Below, in pieces: positions 20,989-30,991 of a stretch of DNA of 64,000 bases. Each line of letters opens with the position of its first letter. Within the stretch, counting starts at the first letter, position 1. Position numbers and translations under genes: made by a program. The notes beneath the pieces are model-generated. The model worked only from the letters and a program-made list of their open reading frames with translations. It had not been told where the DNA came from and did no database searches. The stretch comes from Rhodospirillales bacterium. Its GTDB lineage: Bacteria > Pseudomonadota > Alphaproteobacteria > Bin95. The stretch covers positions 640,001-704,000 of the forward strand of contig JAYQLI010000035.1 in NCBI GenBank assembly GCA_038143065.1, written 5' to 3'.

Positions 20989-21945
20989 ATGTCGGAAAAA
21001 ATTATTGCTTTCGATTTTGTCGATAAAACTTGCCGGAATATAACTAGGGCATCTATAGCCTCAACAATTACTGAGGGAAAATATTGTTGGGTTGATACCG
21101 AGGTTAATTCAGAAACTGAGTCTCTACTAAGTGACCTTGAAATAAACCGATCAACGATTGACTCGATTTATAGAACCCAAGCTCAAAGCCAAGTTAGGGT
21201 TCGTAGTAACTTTCTGCATATCACTCTCGTCGAGACTGAGATCAAGGCAGATAAACTTATTTTAAAACCTCTGCAGATAATACTTGGCCCTGGATATCTT
21301 ATCACATTAACAAATGGCCGTTCTGAACTCCTCGATAAAATGCGCCTCACCTACGAAGAGGATTTTTCTAGTACAGCCCGATCTGGCGGTTTCCTTCTGT
21401 TTGAAATAGCTGATCATCTCATTGATGGTTTTAGAGCAGCACTCAGACAGCTTTCTGAAAAAGTTGATGAAATACAGCAACGACTTTTAAAAAATATTGG
21501 CGACGAAATTCTAATCCAAGTATCAAACTTAACTCGTGAACTCCTTGAATATCGAAATTCAGTAGTTTCTGCCCGTGAAGCTCTTGATGAGCTGGCAACT
21601 AGACGTTCTCCATATATAGAAACATCGACCCAGCCTTTTCTTGATAGGCAAACAATTCCCTTAGATCGCCTTGCAAATGATGCCGCAACGGAGCGCACGG
21701 TGTTATCAGAGAGTATTAATTTGTATATGGGATTGGTAAGCCGTCGTACCGGGAAAATAGTACACCGACTGACACTAGTAAGTAGTGTCTTTTTACCATT
21801 GAACTTTACTGCGGCAGTTTACGGCATGAATTTCGACAACATGCCAGAATTAAGTTGGAAATACGGTTATCCTGCATTCTGGTTATTCACCATCACATTA
21901 GTAGTGGCGACCGTTATCCTGCTACGCAAAAGCTCCAAAACATAG
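20989..21945 (+). CDS. corA: CorA-family Mg/Co transporter
   Basis: FLPL...YGMNF..MPEL.W.YGY followed by a TM helix. Confidence 0.88.
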   Translation: MSEKIIAFDFVDKTCRNITRASIASTITEGKYCWVDTEVNSETESLLSDLEINRSTIDSIYRTQAQSQVRVRSNFLHITLVETEIKADKLILKPLQIILGPGYLITLTNGRSELLDKMRLTYEEDFSSTARSGGFLLFEIADHLIDGFRAALRQLSEKVDEIQQRLLKNIGDEILIQVSNLTRELLEYRNSVVSAREALDELATRRSPYIETSTQPFLDRQTIPLDRLANDAATERTVLSESINLYMGLVSRRTGKIVHRLTLVSSVFLPLNFTAAVYGMNFDNMPELSWKYGYPAFWLFTITLVVATVILLRKSSKT

Positions 21946-22093
21946 CTGACAATAGTTAATAATACTCAAAATTTAAGGCGATAAATCTAAAGACTGTTTT
22001 AGCAAACAAGGATTAACTCAGTGCACCCACATATGCGTGCATCCCCTTCAGCATGAGCACTAAATGTCAAATTTTTATTGTAAATAATGTATC

Positions 22094-22755
22094 TCATTTA
22101 AGAACACTGGCCGCCTGCCATGGCTCACCGATTTTATCCAGAAACACAAATTCACCCATGCTTCCTCTTCCTACAGGCCCAAAGTTACCCAGCGGATATC
22201 CAATTGGAATGATCGCGTAAGAATGCACGCCTCTTGGTAACCCCAGAGCTTTTTCAGACTCTTCTTCAAAATAGAGGTGTCTGTTTGTTAATGTAGCTCC
22301 TAATCCAAGTGCACGAGCTGCCAACAGCATATTCTGAACAGCGGGGTATATTGAGGCACCAGAGTGACGTGTTGGTTTTGACTCCCCATGATCTATGCAC
22401 GCTACAATCCAAATTGGCGCCTCATGGAAATGATCGGTCAAATATTCAACTGCTGTATGTTGCCTATGATACCCTTCCTTCGTTGAACCAGGCGGAGGAC
22501 TGATCGAAGAGTAGCGGGGCTAATCCATTCGTCGTAAGCCTTTTTATAAATAACCTGAACTTTTTTCTTTATTTCAATGTCTTTAACAACAAGAAAGCGC
22601 CAGGTTTGCATATTCCCACCATTAGCGGCGGACATTCCAGCCTTTAAAATCTTTAACACTAAATCATCTGGCACAGGTTCTGGCTTTAAACGACGCATCG
22701 CTCTGGTCGTAAACATAATGTCAAAGACATCCTGAGAAGAAACATCGGTCATCAT
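22094..22755 (-). CDS. Nitroreductase family protein (frameshift near 22515)
   Basis: TRAMRRLKPEPVPD, A.NGGN.Q.WRFLVV, SIYPAVQNMLLAARALGLG, IPIGYP. Confidence 0.87.
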
Positions 22756-22811
22756 TAAGGCCTCGCCTAAGTGGATTTTACCAAATTGAAGTAACCAAAA
22801 ATCAAAGCGTA

Positions 22812-22827
22812 CATTGCATATGCAATG
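22812..22827. promoter_or_regulatory. Perfect 16-bp palindrome CATTGCATATGCAATG; probable operator in a divergent promoter
   Basis: Exact inverted repeat in the intergenic region between the divergent nitroreductase and TfdA-like genes. Confidence 0.55.
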
Positions 22828-22926
22828 CAATGTTATTTTGCTCATAAATAGAAATTAAAAAAACTTCTATGGCATCGAAGCGTAACCACGCTAACATCGG
22901 TTAAATAACGAGGGAGGTTTATAGAG

Positions 22927-23810
22927 ATGACACTCTCTATTCGACAAGTTGGCCCCTGTTTTGCAGGCGAAGTGACAGGAATTAATCTGACTAAACCGCT
23001 TCCACCTGGTGTCGCACAAGAAATTCATGATGCAATGGATGAATATGCTGTTCTTGTGTTTCCAGATCAGAATTTTACCGACGAAACACAGATAGCCTTT
23101 ACCGAACATTTAGGCGAAATAGAGCACTCCATTGGGGCGGGACTCAGAAAGCCCGATGAATATCGTCTCTCAACTCATTTTGCTGATGTATCGAACCTTG
23201 ATAAAGAAAATAAAGTTTACGGACGAGAGGACAGGCGACGACTATTTGCTATCGGCAATCGTCTCTGGCACTCAGACAGCAGCTTTAAGGTAGTTCCTGC
23301 GAAGTACTCCTTCTTCATGCAAGAGCTATCCCTTCAAAAGGGGGAAACACTGAGTTCGCTGATATGCGAACGGCTTATGATGACCTCGACAATGAAACGA
23401 AAAAACATATCGATGATATGATTGCTGAGCATACTCAAATCCACAGTCGGAGATCAGTTGGTTTTGAGGAATTTGATGAAGAGGAGCGCATTCGTATGGC
23501 TCCGGTAAAGCAGAGACTCGTAAGAATTCATCCATCAACCGGACGAAAATCCCTTTATCTCTCAAGCCATGCTGGCAGAATTGATGGAGTACCAGTCACT
23601 GAGGCCATGCTTCTTCTAAAAGACCTTACAGAACATGCTACCCAAAGGGAGTATGTATACTCCCATAAATGGCGGCTGCACGATCTGGTCATTTGGGATA
23701 ACCGACGCACAATGCACCGGGCTCGCCCCTTCCCTGAGAATGAACCACGGGATATGCGTCGAACAACTGTGATAGGTGATGGCCCCACAGTAGAACAACA
23801 AGTCGCTTAA
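22927..23810 (+). CDS. TauD/TfdA-family Fe(II)/2-oxoglutarate dioxygenase (frameshift near 23310)
   Basis: GNRLWHSDSSF (HxD), GGNTEFADMR in the corrected frame, WDNR.TMHRA, DMRRTT. Confidence 0.9.
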
Positions 23811-23861
23811 GATATTTGACTAAACTAAACTTTAAAAAGCATCTATTTAAAGGAAGATAAT

Positions 23862-24317
23862 ATGGAAAAACCCCGATTTGCCGAGGATTTCCATGCTGGA
23901 CAAGTATTTAATCTGGGGAGCAAATCGGTCACTAAAGAGGAAATTATCGCTTTTGCTCAAAGGTATGACCCCTTTCCATTTCACCTAGATGATGAAGAAG
24001 GATCTAAAACTGTCTTTGGAGGGATAATCTCAAGTGGTTGGCAAACCGCCTTAATCTGGTTGGAAATGATGCATGAAAACATCCTAGACTATACAACAAT
24101 AATGGGATCACCAGGTCACGATGCCCTCAATTGGAAGACTCCTGTACGACCGGGAGACACTCTCTCGGGCTCTATGGAGATACTTGACACCAAATTATCA
24201 AAAAGCCGGCCAGAAATTGGTTTCGTAAAATACAAAGCACAATTGGTTAATCAAAAAAATGAACAAGTATTTTTTACTGAAAGCACACTGATCATAAAAA
24301 CACAGCAAGCAACCTGA
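23862..24317 (+). CDS. MaoC-family (hotdog) dehydratase
   Basis: FAQRYDP.PFHLD, FGGIISSGW, PVRPGDTL. Confidence 0.87.
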   Translation: MEKPRFAEDFHAGQVFNLGSKSVTKEEIIAFAQRYDPFPFHLDDEEGSKTVFGGIISSGWQTALIWLEMMHENILDYTTIMGSPGHDALNWKTPVRPGDTLSGSMEILDTKLSKSRPEIGFVKYKAQLVNQKNEQVFFTESTLIIKTQQAT

Positions 24318-24399
24318 ACCTTTGCTAGCTTCAAAATAAGATTATCTGCTGCTTTCGCAAAAAGAATGCCGGTTCAAAAAAACTTTTTAAAATTACCAA

Positions 24400-25068
24400 T
24401 CAGTTTTGAACGAGCTCTTCTATAGAATCACTGCGAGCGATCATCATTTTATCTATCAAATCGACAAATAATCCATGGGCAACAATCCCTGGTGTCATAT
24501 TTAGAAGTACATCAAGCTCATAAGGGTCTTCAATCACATTGAATGCTGCATCAATAATCCAATGTCCTTCATCAGATACAAAAGGCATTCCACCGCTCAT
24601 ACGAATTTCAGATGTAGCCCCTAAATCCAAAATTTTTCTTTGAATAGCTGGGCTTGCAAAAGGAGAAACCTCGATTGGTAAGGGAAATGCCCCAAGTTGG
24701 GTTTTCAGTTTTGAAGAGTCGCCAATGCACACAACCATTTCAGAAATACCGGCAACAATTTTTTCTCGCATAAGCGCACCACCACCACCCTTGATGGCAT
24801 TTAAATCAGAATCAACTTCATCAACACCATCGACAGTCAAATCTACCTTTTTGATATTTTCTAACCCCACCACATGTAAACCAAGTGACGTTGCCAAAGC
24901 AGCAGTAGCCTCGGAGGTTGCAACACAGCGCGGCATAAGATCTTTTTTTGCTAATGCTTTAATAAAGAATGCGGCAGTTGACCCTGTGCCGAGTCCAATG
25001 GTCATGTCCGGTCGAACAAGCTCTGCAGCTGCTTTCCCTACACGTTCTTTTTGATCATCTTGCATCAT
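24400..25068 (-). CDS. rpiA: Ribose-5-phosphate isomerase A
   Basis: GLGTGST, DG.DEVD, IKGGGGAL.REK. Confidence 0.95.
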   Translation of the reverse strand: MMQDDQKERVGKAAAELVRPDMTIGLGTGSTAAFFIKALAKKDLMPRCVATSEATAALATSLGLHVVGLENIKKVDLTVDGVDEVDSDLNAIKGGGGALMREKIVAGISEMVVCIGDSSKLKTQLGAFPLPIEVSPFASPAIQRKILDLGATSEIRMSGGMPFVSDEGHWIIDAAFNVIEDPYELDVLLNMTPGIVAHGLFVDLIDKMMIARSDSIEELVQN

Positions 25069-25148
25069 TCAGATCCAACCAATTCTCTCGAAAATTAACA
25101 TCGTAAAAAGCTTCAACTTAACCCATAGGCGTTATTGAATTCGTGCCG

Positions 25149-26890
25149 TCAATTCGCAAGGGCAGCATCTTCGATTATCAACCTAGCCTCATCCCTTCCC
25201 CGCCATGTATTAATTTCAATTCGACCAATCACATGGATAACTGCTGGTCGCGATTGAAGAAAATCCCCAAGAGGTGAACCAATACTTCGGAACGACATAG
25301 CCGAGATACTAAAACCGTCAGGCCCTTCTAACCGGATTGCTAGATGCGAATTCTTAATCACACGCAAATCTTTTAACCTCACGCCTGCTACAGCAAACCT
25401 AGGCTCAGGGTTACCCATACCAAACGGGGATAACTTCTCTAAAGCGTTTGCCGCAGCATACGCGCCCTTAGGGCCAATGACCGCGTCTATTCTTATTGAA
25501 ACTTCCTCAGCTGCTTTATCAATATTTTCCGAAAGCTTAGAGGACAAAACCTCCACAAAACTCTTGAAACCTTCCTCCGCAACACGAAATCCCGCGGCCA
25601 TATTGTGGCCACCACCTGAAATTAATAATCCTTCTTCGCGGAGGTCAATTATCGCAGGACCTAAAGCTACCCCAGAAACTGACCTACCTGAACCAGTAGC
25701 AATCCCATCTTCAATTGCGGCAACCAGGGCGGGTCTTTTGAAACGCTCAACCAAGCGACTTGCAACAATCCCAACAACTCCTTGCCGCCACCCTGCACTT
25801 GAAACAGCGATTACCTTGGCCCCGCTATCGGCTTGAACGTCAGCTTGTTCTAGAGCTTGGTCAAACACAGACCGCTCAATTTGCTGACGTTGACGATTGA
25901 GATTATCCAGCTCGGAGGCAATCATTGCAGCTTCCTCTGGATCATCCGTTGAAAGAAGACGCACCCCAAGTTCGCTGCGGCCTATTCGCCCTCCAGCATT
26001 GATCCTTGGGCCTATCACAAATCCCATATGGGACGCTTTGGGTGCGCCCTGCACTCCACCTACCCTTAGCAACTCAGCAATACCCAGCTTCGGGTTAATA
26101 GCCATTACGCGGAGGCCTTGCGCCACTAGTGCTCGATTGACACCTGTTAAAGAAGCAACATCTGCGACGGTACCAAGAGCAACCAAATCTAGAAAATTCA
26201 TCAGATCAATATCGACCTTAAGTTTTCGTCGAAGCGCTACAACAAAAGAAAAACTACTCCCACAGCAGCAAGTTGAGTGTGAGGGCTGATTTCGTCTGCT
26301 CGGTTAGGGTTAACAACTGCGACAGCATTTGGTGTGGCTTCTGCGCCTACATGATGGTCTAGAACTATGACATCAAGGCCAACTTCATTGGCAGCATCAA
26401 TGGCTTCAAATGCAGTAGCTCCGCAATCAAGGGTCAATACTAAGTTACAACCTGACTCCTTAAGATAATTCATAGCGGCTGGATTAGGGCCATACCCCTC
26501 TTTCTCGCGGTCCGGCACGTAAACCAACACATCTGCGCCTAGAACGGACAAAAACCTCTGGAGAAGCGCTCCTGATGTAGCGCCGTCAACATCATAATCG
26601 GCGAATATTGCAATGCGTTCATTGCTCTGAAGAGCCGCTTCGACCCTCTCAACAGCTCTGTCCATATCAAGAAAAGTTAAAGGATCGGGAAGCTGATCTC
26701 GCAGCCGCGGCGACAAGAAAGCTGCCGCTTCCTGTTTGTTCTGAATACGGGCTGCTAATACATTGGCAACGCCGTCTGGAAGATCAAACTGCCTTGCATA
26801 AAATTCAGCGAGACGAGAGTCGCTAATTACAGAGACCCAAGCTTTGCCACTAGCCGACTTTTCAACATTTAACGCGTATTTTGAGACCAA
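25149..26890 (-). CDS. recJ: Single-stranded DNA exonuclease RecJ (frameshift near 26240)
   Basis: DYDVDGATS, DCG, DHH, LVALGTVADV, GPRINAGGR, GSGRS, GGGH.MAAG. Confidence 0.95.
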
Positions 26891-26904
26891 ATAGAAAACC
26901 TTAC

Positions 26905-27878
26905 TCAGTCAAACATCGATTTCCGTTCAAAATTATGAAAGGTTTCAATTTTACGAACGGTACCAGTCTTTGAACGCATTACAAGTGATTGGGTGCTTAC
27001 ACCTTTACCTTTTCTGCGAACACCCGCGAGCATAGAGCCACTAGTTACCCCAGTGGCTGCAAACATCACATCCCCAGATGCTAGCTCTTCGAGATTGTAT
27101 TTCCTATTTAGATCTTCAACGCCAATTCGATGTGCGCGTCCGCGTTCATCGTCATTGCGGAATATCAATCGGCCTTGAAATTGGCCGCCTATGCAACGAA
27201 GCGCGGCCGCGGCTAACACACCCTCAGGAGCACCGCCAGAGCCCATGTAAATATCGACACCACTCTCTACATTTGTTGTCGCAATCACTCCGGAAACATC
27301 CCCATCAGAAATGAGCATTATACGCGCTCCAGAGTTTCTAACTTCCTCAATCAATTCCTGATGACGTGGGCGATCTAGAATACAGGCGACAAGGTCCTCT
27401 ACTTTAACACCACGCGCATCGGCCAAATTATTAAGATTTTGTGTGGGGCTGTTGTCTAGATCTATCACGCCCGCAGGCAGACCCGGACCTACGCCAATTT
27501 TGTCCATGTACACGTCAGGTGCATGTAAAAACCACCATCATCTGCCATAGCAATAACGGCTAACGCATTAGCACCACCTTTGGCGGTTATAGTAGTACCT
27601 TCCAAGGGGTCTAGAGCAATGTCAATTTTTGGACCTCTACCAGTTCCAACCTTCTCACCGATATAGAGCATGGGCGCTTCATCACGCTCGCCCTCACCTA
27701 TTACTACTTTCCCATCTATATCTAATGAGTTTAGGGCCTGACGCATTGCATCAACTGCCGCCTGATCTGCAGCTTTTTCATCCCCGCGCCCCATGAGCCG
27801 TGATGCCGCAAGCGCCGCAAATTCTGTCACACGAACAGCTTCAAGCGCCAGGTTACGGTCCATTTTTTCTTCAGACAT
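26905..27878 (-). CDS. glpX: Class II fructose-1,6-bisphosphatase (frameshift near 27528)
   Basis: [41 protein letters not shown]. Confidence 0.95.
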
Positions 27879-27910
27879 TTTTAAATTTCCTTCAACCGAT
27901 CAGACTGCGG

Positions 27911-29197
27911 TCACAGCGATTCTATGCGCATTAAAATAGGCGTTTCCGCAACAGTGGCCAATGCACCAAGTTGCTCCACCACCTTACGGATTGTGCTCTC
28001 ATTAGTATCGTGAGTCGTCATAACCACCGGAACTGCTTCGTCAGGTTGGCGACCATGCTGTAGGAATGACTCAATTGATACTCCATTCTTTCCGAATATC
28101 GAAGCCATTTCAGCTATGACACCAGGGCGATCAATTACCGTCACTCGTATGTAAAATGATCCTGCTCGAGCTGAAACTGGAGCAACGGACAGTTCTTTGA
28201 GTGATGAAGCCGCCTCTCCAAATCCTCGAGCTCCTCTTCCGCTAGCTATATCAACAATATCACCAAGAACTGCAGAAGCTGTTGCTCCTCCTCCTGCGCC
28301 AGGACCAACCAGTAAGGATTGTCCTACAGGGGAGCCCTCAATCAGCACTGCATTGGTTACACCATCAATACGTGCCAAAGGGTGCGCTTTTGGTGTCATG
28401 CACGCTGACACCCTTTGCATCACCCCGTCCTTTGTTCTTTCCGCAACACCGATAAGTCGGATTTGATACCCAAGCTCTTTTGCAAACCTGATATCCAAAT
28501 CAGTTACATATCTCACTCCAGAAGTATCAACAGAGTCGAAGTTAGGAGCACCACCAAATGCTATTGCGGCAAGGATTGAGAGCTTTTGCGCTGCATCAAC
28601 TCCATCAATATCAAAAGCTGGATCAGCTTCTGCATAACCCTTAGCCTGTGCTTCTTTTAGAACATCATCAAAGGATCTGCCTGTTTCAGACATCTCTGTA
28701 ACGATATAGTTGCAGGTACCATTCAAAATCCCAGATACCCGATCAATTCGATTTCCAGCCAACCCTTCCTTGAGAGCCTTTAGGGCAGGAATTCCTCCTG
28801 CAACTGCCGCTTCTAAAGCCAAAGTAACGTTCATACTTTCAGCTATCGCAGCAAGCCTTGCCCCATGACGAGCAATCATTGCCTTATTTGCTGTAACCAA
28901 ATGCTTGCCGGCCTTCAGGGCTGCCTCTGCAACTTCCAGGGCAATACCATCTTCTCCACCGACCAGCTCGACAACAACATCGATATTGGGACTAGTTGCC
29001 AACTCTATTGGGTCGTCTCGCCAAAGATATTCCTGAACGTCGAAACCTCGATCTCTGCTTTTATCCCTCGCAGAGACTTCAAGTATTTCAACCTTCTGGC
29101 CAGACCTTTCTTCGATGACATTCGAATGATTTTTAAGGGTTTGAAGGGTTTCCGCCCCAACTACGCCTAATCCTATAACCCCCAACCGAATGGTCAT
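27911..29197 (-). CDS. hom: Homoserine dehydrogenase with C-terminal ACT domain
   Basis: GLGVVG, VTANKA, EAAVAGGIP, GILNGTCNY, GYAEADP, DRPGVIA. Confidence 0.96.
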   Translation of the reverse strand: MTIRLGVIGLGVVGAETLQTLKNHSNVIEERSGQKVEILEVSARDKSRDRGFDVQEYLWRDDPIELATSPNIDVVVELVGGEDGIALEVAEAALKAGKHLVTANKAMIARHGARLAAIAESMNVTLALEAAVAGGIPALKALKEGLAGNRIDRVSGILNGTCNYIVTEMSETGRSFDDVLKEAQAKGYAEADPAFDIDGVDAAQKLSILAAIAFGGAPNFDSVDTSGVRYVTDLDIRFAKELGYQIRLIGVAERTKDGVMQRVSACMTPKAHPLARIDGVTNAVLIEGSPVGQSLLVGPGAGGGATASAVLGDIVDIASGRGARGFGEAASSLKELSVAPVSARAGSFYIRVTVIDRPGVIAEMASIFGKNGVSIESFLQHGRQPDEAVPVVMTTHDTNESTIRKVVEQLGALATVAETPILMRIESL

Positions 29198-30438
29198 TTT
29201 GATGCCTCCGCAATCCTTGCATCCTGTCGTTTTGCCATTTCCATCGCATCTTTAGGGTCTCTAACTTTGCTCAGGAATTGTTTAATACCGCGCGACGCTT
29301 GACGTATACGTTGCCTATTCTCAACAAGCGCTAAACGCACATATCCTTCACCTCGTTCTCCAAAACCCACTCCAGGTGAAACTGCTACATCTGCCTCCTC
29401 AAGTAGCAACTTAGAGAACCCCAAACAGCCAAGTTCCTGGAACTGCTCTGGTATAGGAGCCCAAGCAAACATGGTTGCGGGTGGTGGAGGCACCTCCCAA
29501 CCAGCCTGCCCAAAAGCGTCGACCATTACGTTTCGTCGCTCCCTGTAGAGATTGCGAGCATCTTCAACACAGTCTTGTGGTCCATTGAGAGCAGCAGCCG
29601 CCGCAACCTGGATAGGAGTGAAGGCACCATAATCAAGATACGATTTTACTCTAGCAAGAGCACCTACAAGCTCTCTATTGCCAACACCATAACCAACACG
29701 CCAACCTGGCATTGAGTAGGTTTTAGAGAGCGAGCCAAACTCTACGGCGATATCAATGGCTCCAGGTACCTGCAGAATAGAGGGAGGTGGCGTCTCGTCA
29801 AAATAAATTTCAGAGTAGGCTAAATCTGACACAACGAAAATTTGGTGTTTTTTTGCAAACGCTATTACGTCTTTATAAAAATCAAGATCTGCAGTGAGAG
29901 CAGTAGGATTTGATGGATAACTAAGTAGTAGTGCTGTTGGCGGTGGAACCGCATGACGAACGGCACGCTCTAGCTCTGTAAAGAAAGATGCGTCCGGCTT
30001 TACGGACACATGCCAGAGAGATGCCCCTGCAATAACGAAACCGAATGCATGAATTGGATAGCTAGGATTAGGTGCCAGTATAATGTCACCAGGAGAAGTT
30101 ATCGCTTGAGCTAGATTGGCCAAGCCCTCCTTAGACCCCAAAGTAACTACAACTTCACTTTCTGGATCCAAAGTGACATCAAAGCGGCGATCGTAATATC
30201 CAGCGATAGCGCGCCTAAGCCCTGGGATGCCTTTCGAACTTGAATACCGATGCGTTCGACCATCACGCACGGTTTCCGTTAGTTTATCAACAATATGCTG
30301 AGGCGTAGCTGAGTCTGGATTACCCATACCAAAATCAATGATATCTCTACCAGACTTCCGTGCTGCTGCTTTCATCGCGTTTACTTCAGCGAATAAATAT
30401 GGCGGCAGACGACGTATTTTATGAAATTGAAAGCTCAT
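29194..30438 (-). CDS. alaC: PLP-dependent class I/II aminotransferase (AlaC/AatC type; often annotated LL-DAP aminotransferase)
   Basis: RLPPY, DFGMGNPD, GSKEGL, DLAY, SLSKTYSMPGWR; usual position upstream of hom. Confidence 0.8.
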   Translation of the reverse strand: MSFQFHKIRRLPPYLFAEVNAMKAAARKSGRDIIDFGMGNPDSATPQHIVDKLTETVRDGRTHRYSSSKGIPGLRRAIAGYYDRRFDVTLDPESEVVVTLGSKEGLANLAQAITSPGDIILAPNPSYPIHAFGFVIAGASLWHVSVKPDASFFTELERAVRHAVPPPTALLLSYPSNPTALTADLDFYKDVIAFAKKHQIFVVSDLAYSEIYFDETPPPSILQVPGAIDIAVEFGSLSKTYSMPGWRVGYGVGNRELVGALARVKSYLDYGAFTPIQVAAAAALNGPQDCVEDARNLYRERRNVMVDAFGQAGWEVPPPPATMFAWAPIPEQFQELGCLGFSKLLLEEADVAVSPGVGFGERGEGYVRLALVENRQRIRQASRGIKQFLSKVRDPKDAMEMAKRQDARIAEASK

Positions 30439-30492
30439 AGTTTAAACAAATCCAATGCCACATGGGGCGTGTTAAATGGAGGAATAACCCCT

Positions 30493-30939
30493 TCAGCGCT
30501 CAAGGTATAGCTCTACGTTCGAAACAACATCTGCTGAATGCGAAAAAATTAAAAGTTTAACACTTACCCCTACCGCTTCTAGCTGTCGGACAATATCTGT
30601 CAGGGCGCTGTCGGACACCTCGCTAGATGAAAGAATTACCAGAGTCTTTTTACCCTCCGAAACCAACCCCTTCACTCGATTTATCGAATCCTCGTTTAAA
30701 GTCTGCTCCCCTCTTAGAGAAACAATTTGCAACGGGTTGACTAAGAGGGTTTCTTTGATGCTCTTCTTTGGTCTTGGTTTCGAAGCAGCCAAAATCTTTG
30801 CTTGGCGAACAAAAGCCATTTCTCTCGCCTCAAGCATGGAGGAAGGCACTTTATTTGGCGCAGAGCCTAAACTTGGGTAATCGCCGCGACAGCCAGCCGC
30901 AACGGCTAAAATCATAAATAACGTTGCAAATACTTGCAT
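30493..30939 (-). CDS. Hypothetical lipoprotein
   Basis: Signal peptide with lipobox-like AAGC; occupies the gap between phaC and the aminotransferase. Confidence 0.55.
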   Translation of the reverse strand: MQVFATLFMILAVAAGCRGDYPSLGSAPNKVPSSMLEAREMAFVRQAKILAASKPRPKKSIKETLLVNPLQIVSLRGEQTLNEDSINRVKGLVSEGKKTLVILSSSEVSDSALTDIVRQLEAVGVSVKLLIFSHSADVVSNVELYLER

Positions 30940-30991
30940 TTTAACACATCTATTTGTTGTTTGCTGCAGCGCAGCATTTTTGGAGGGACCA

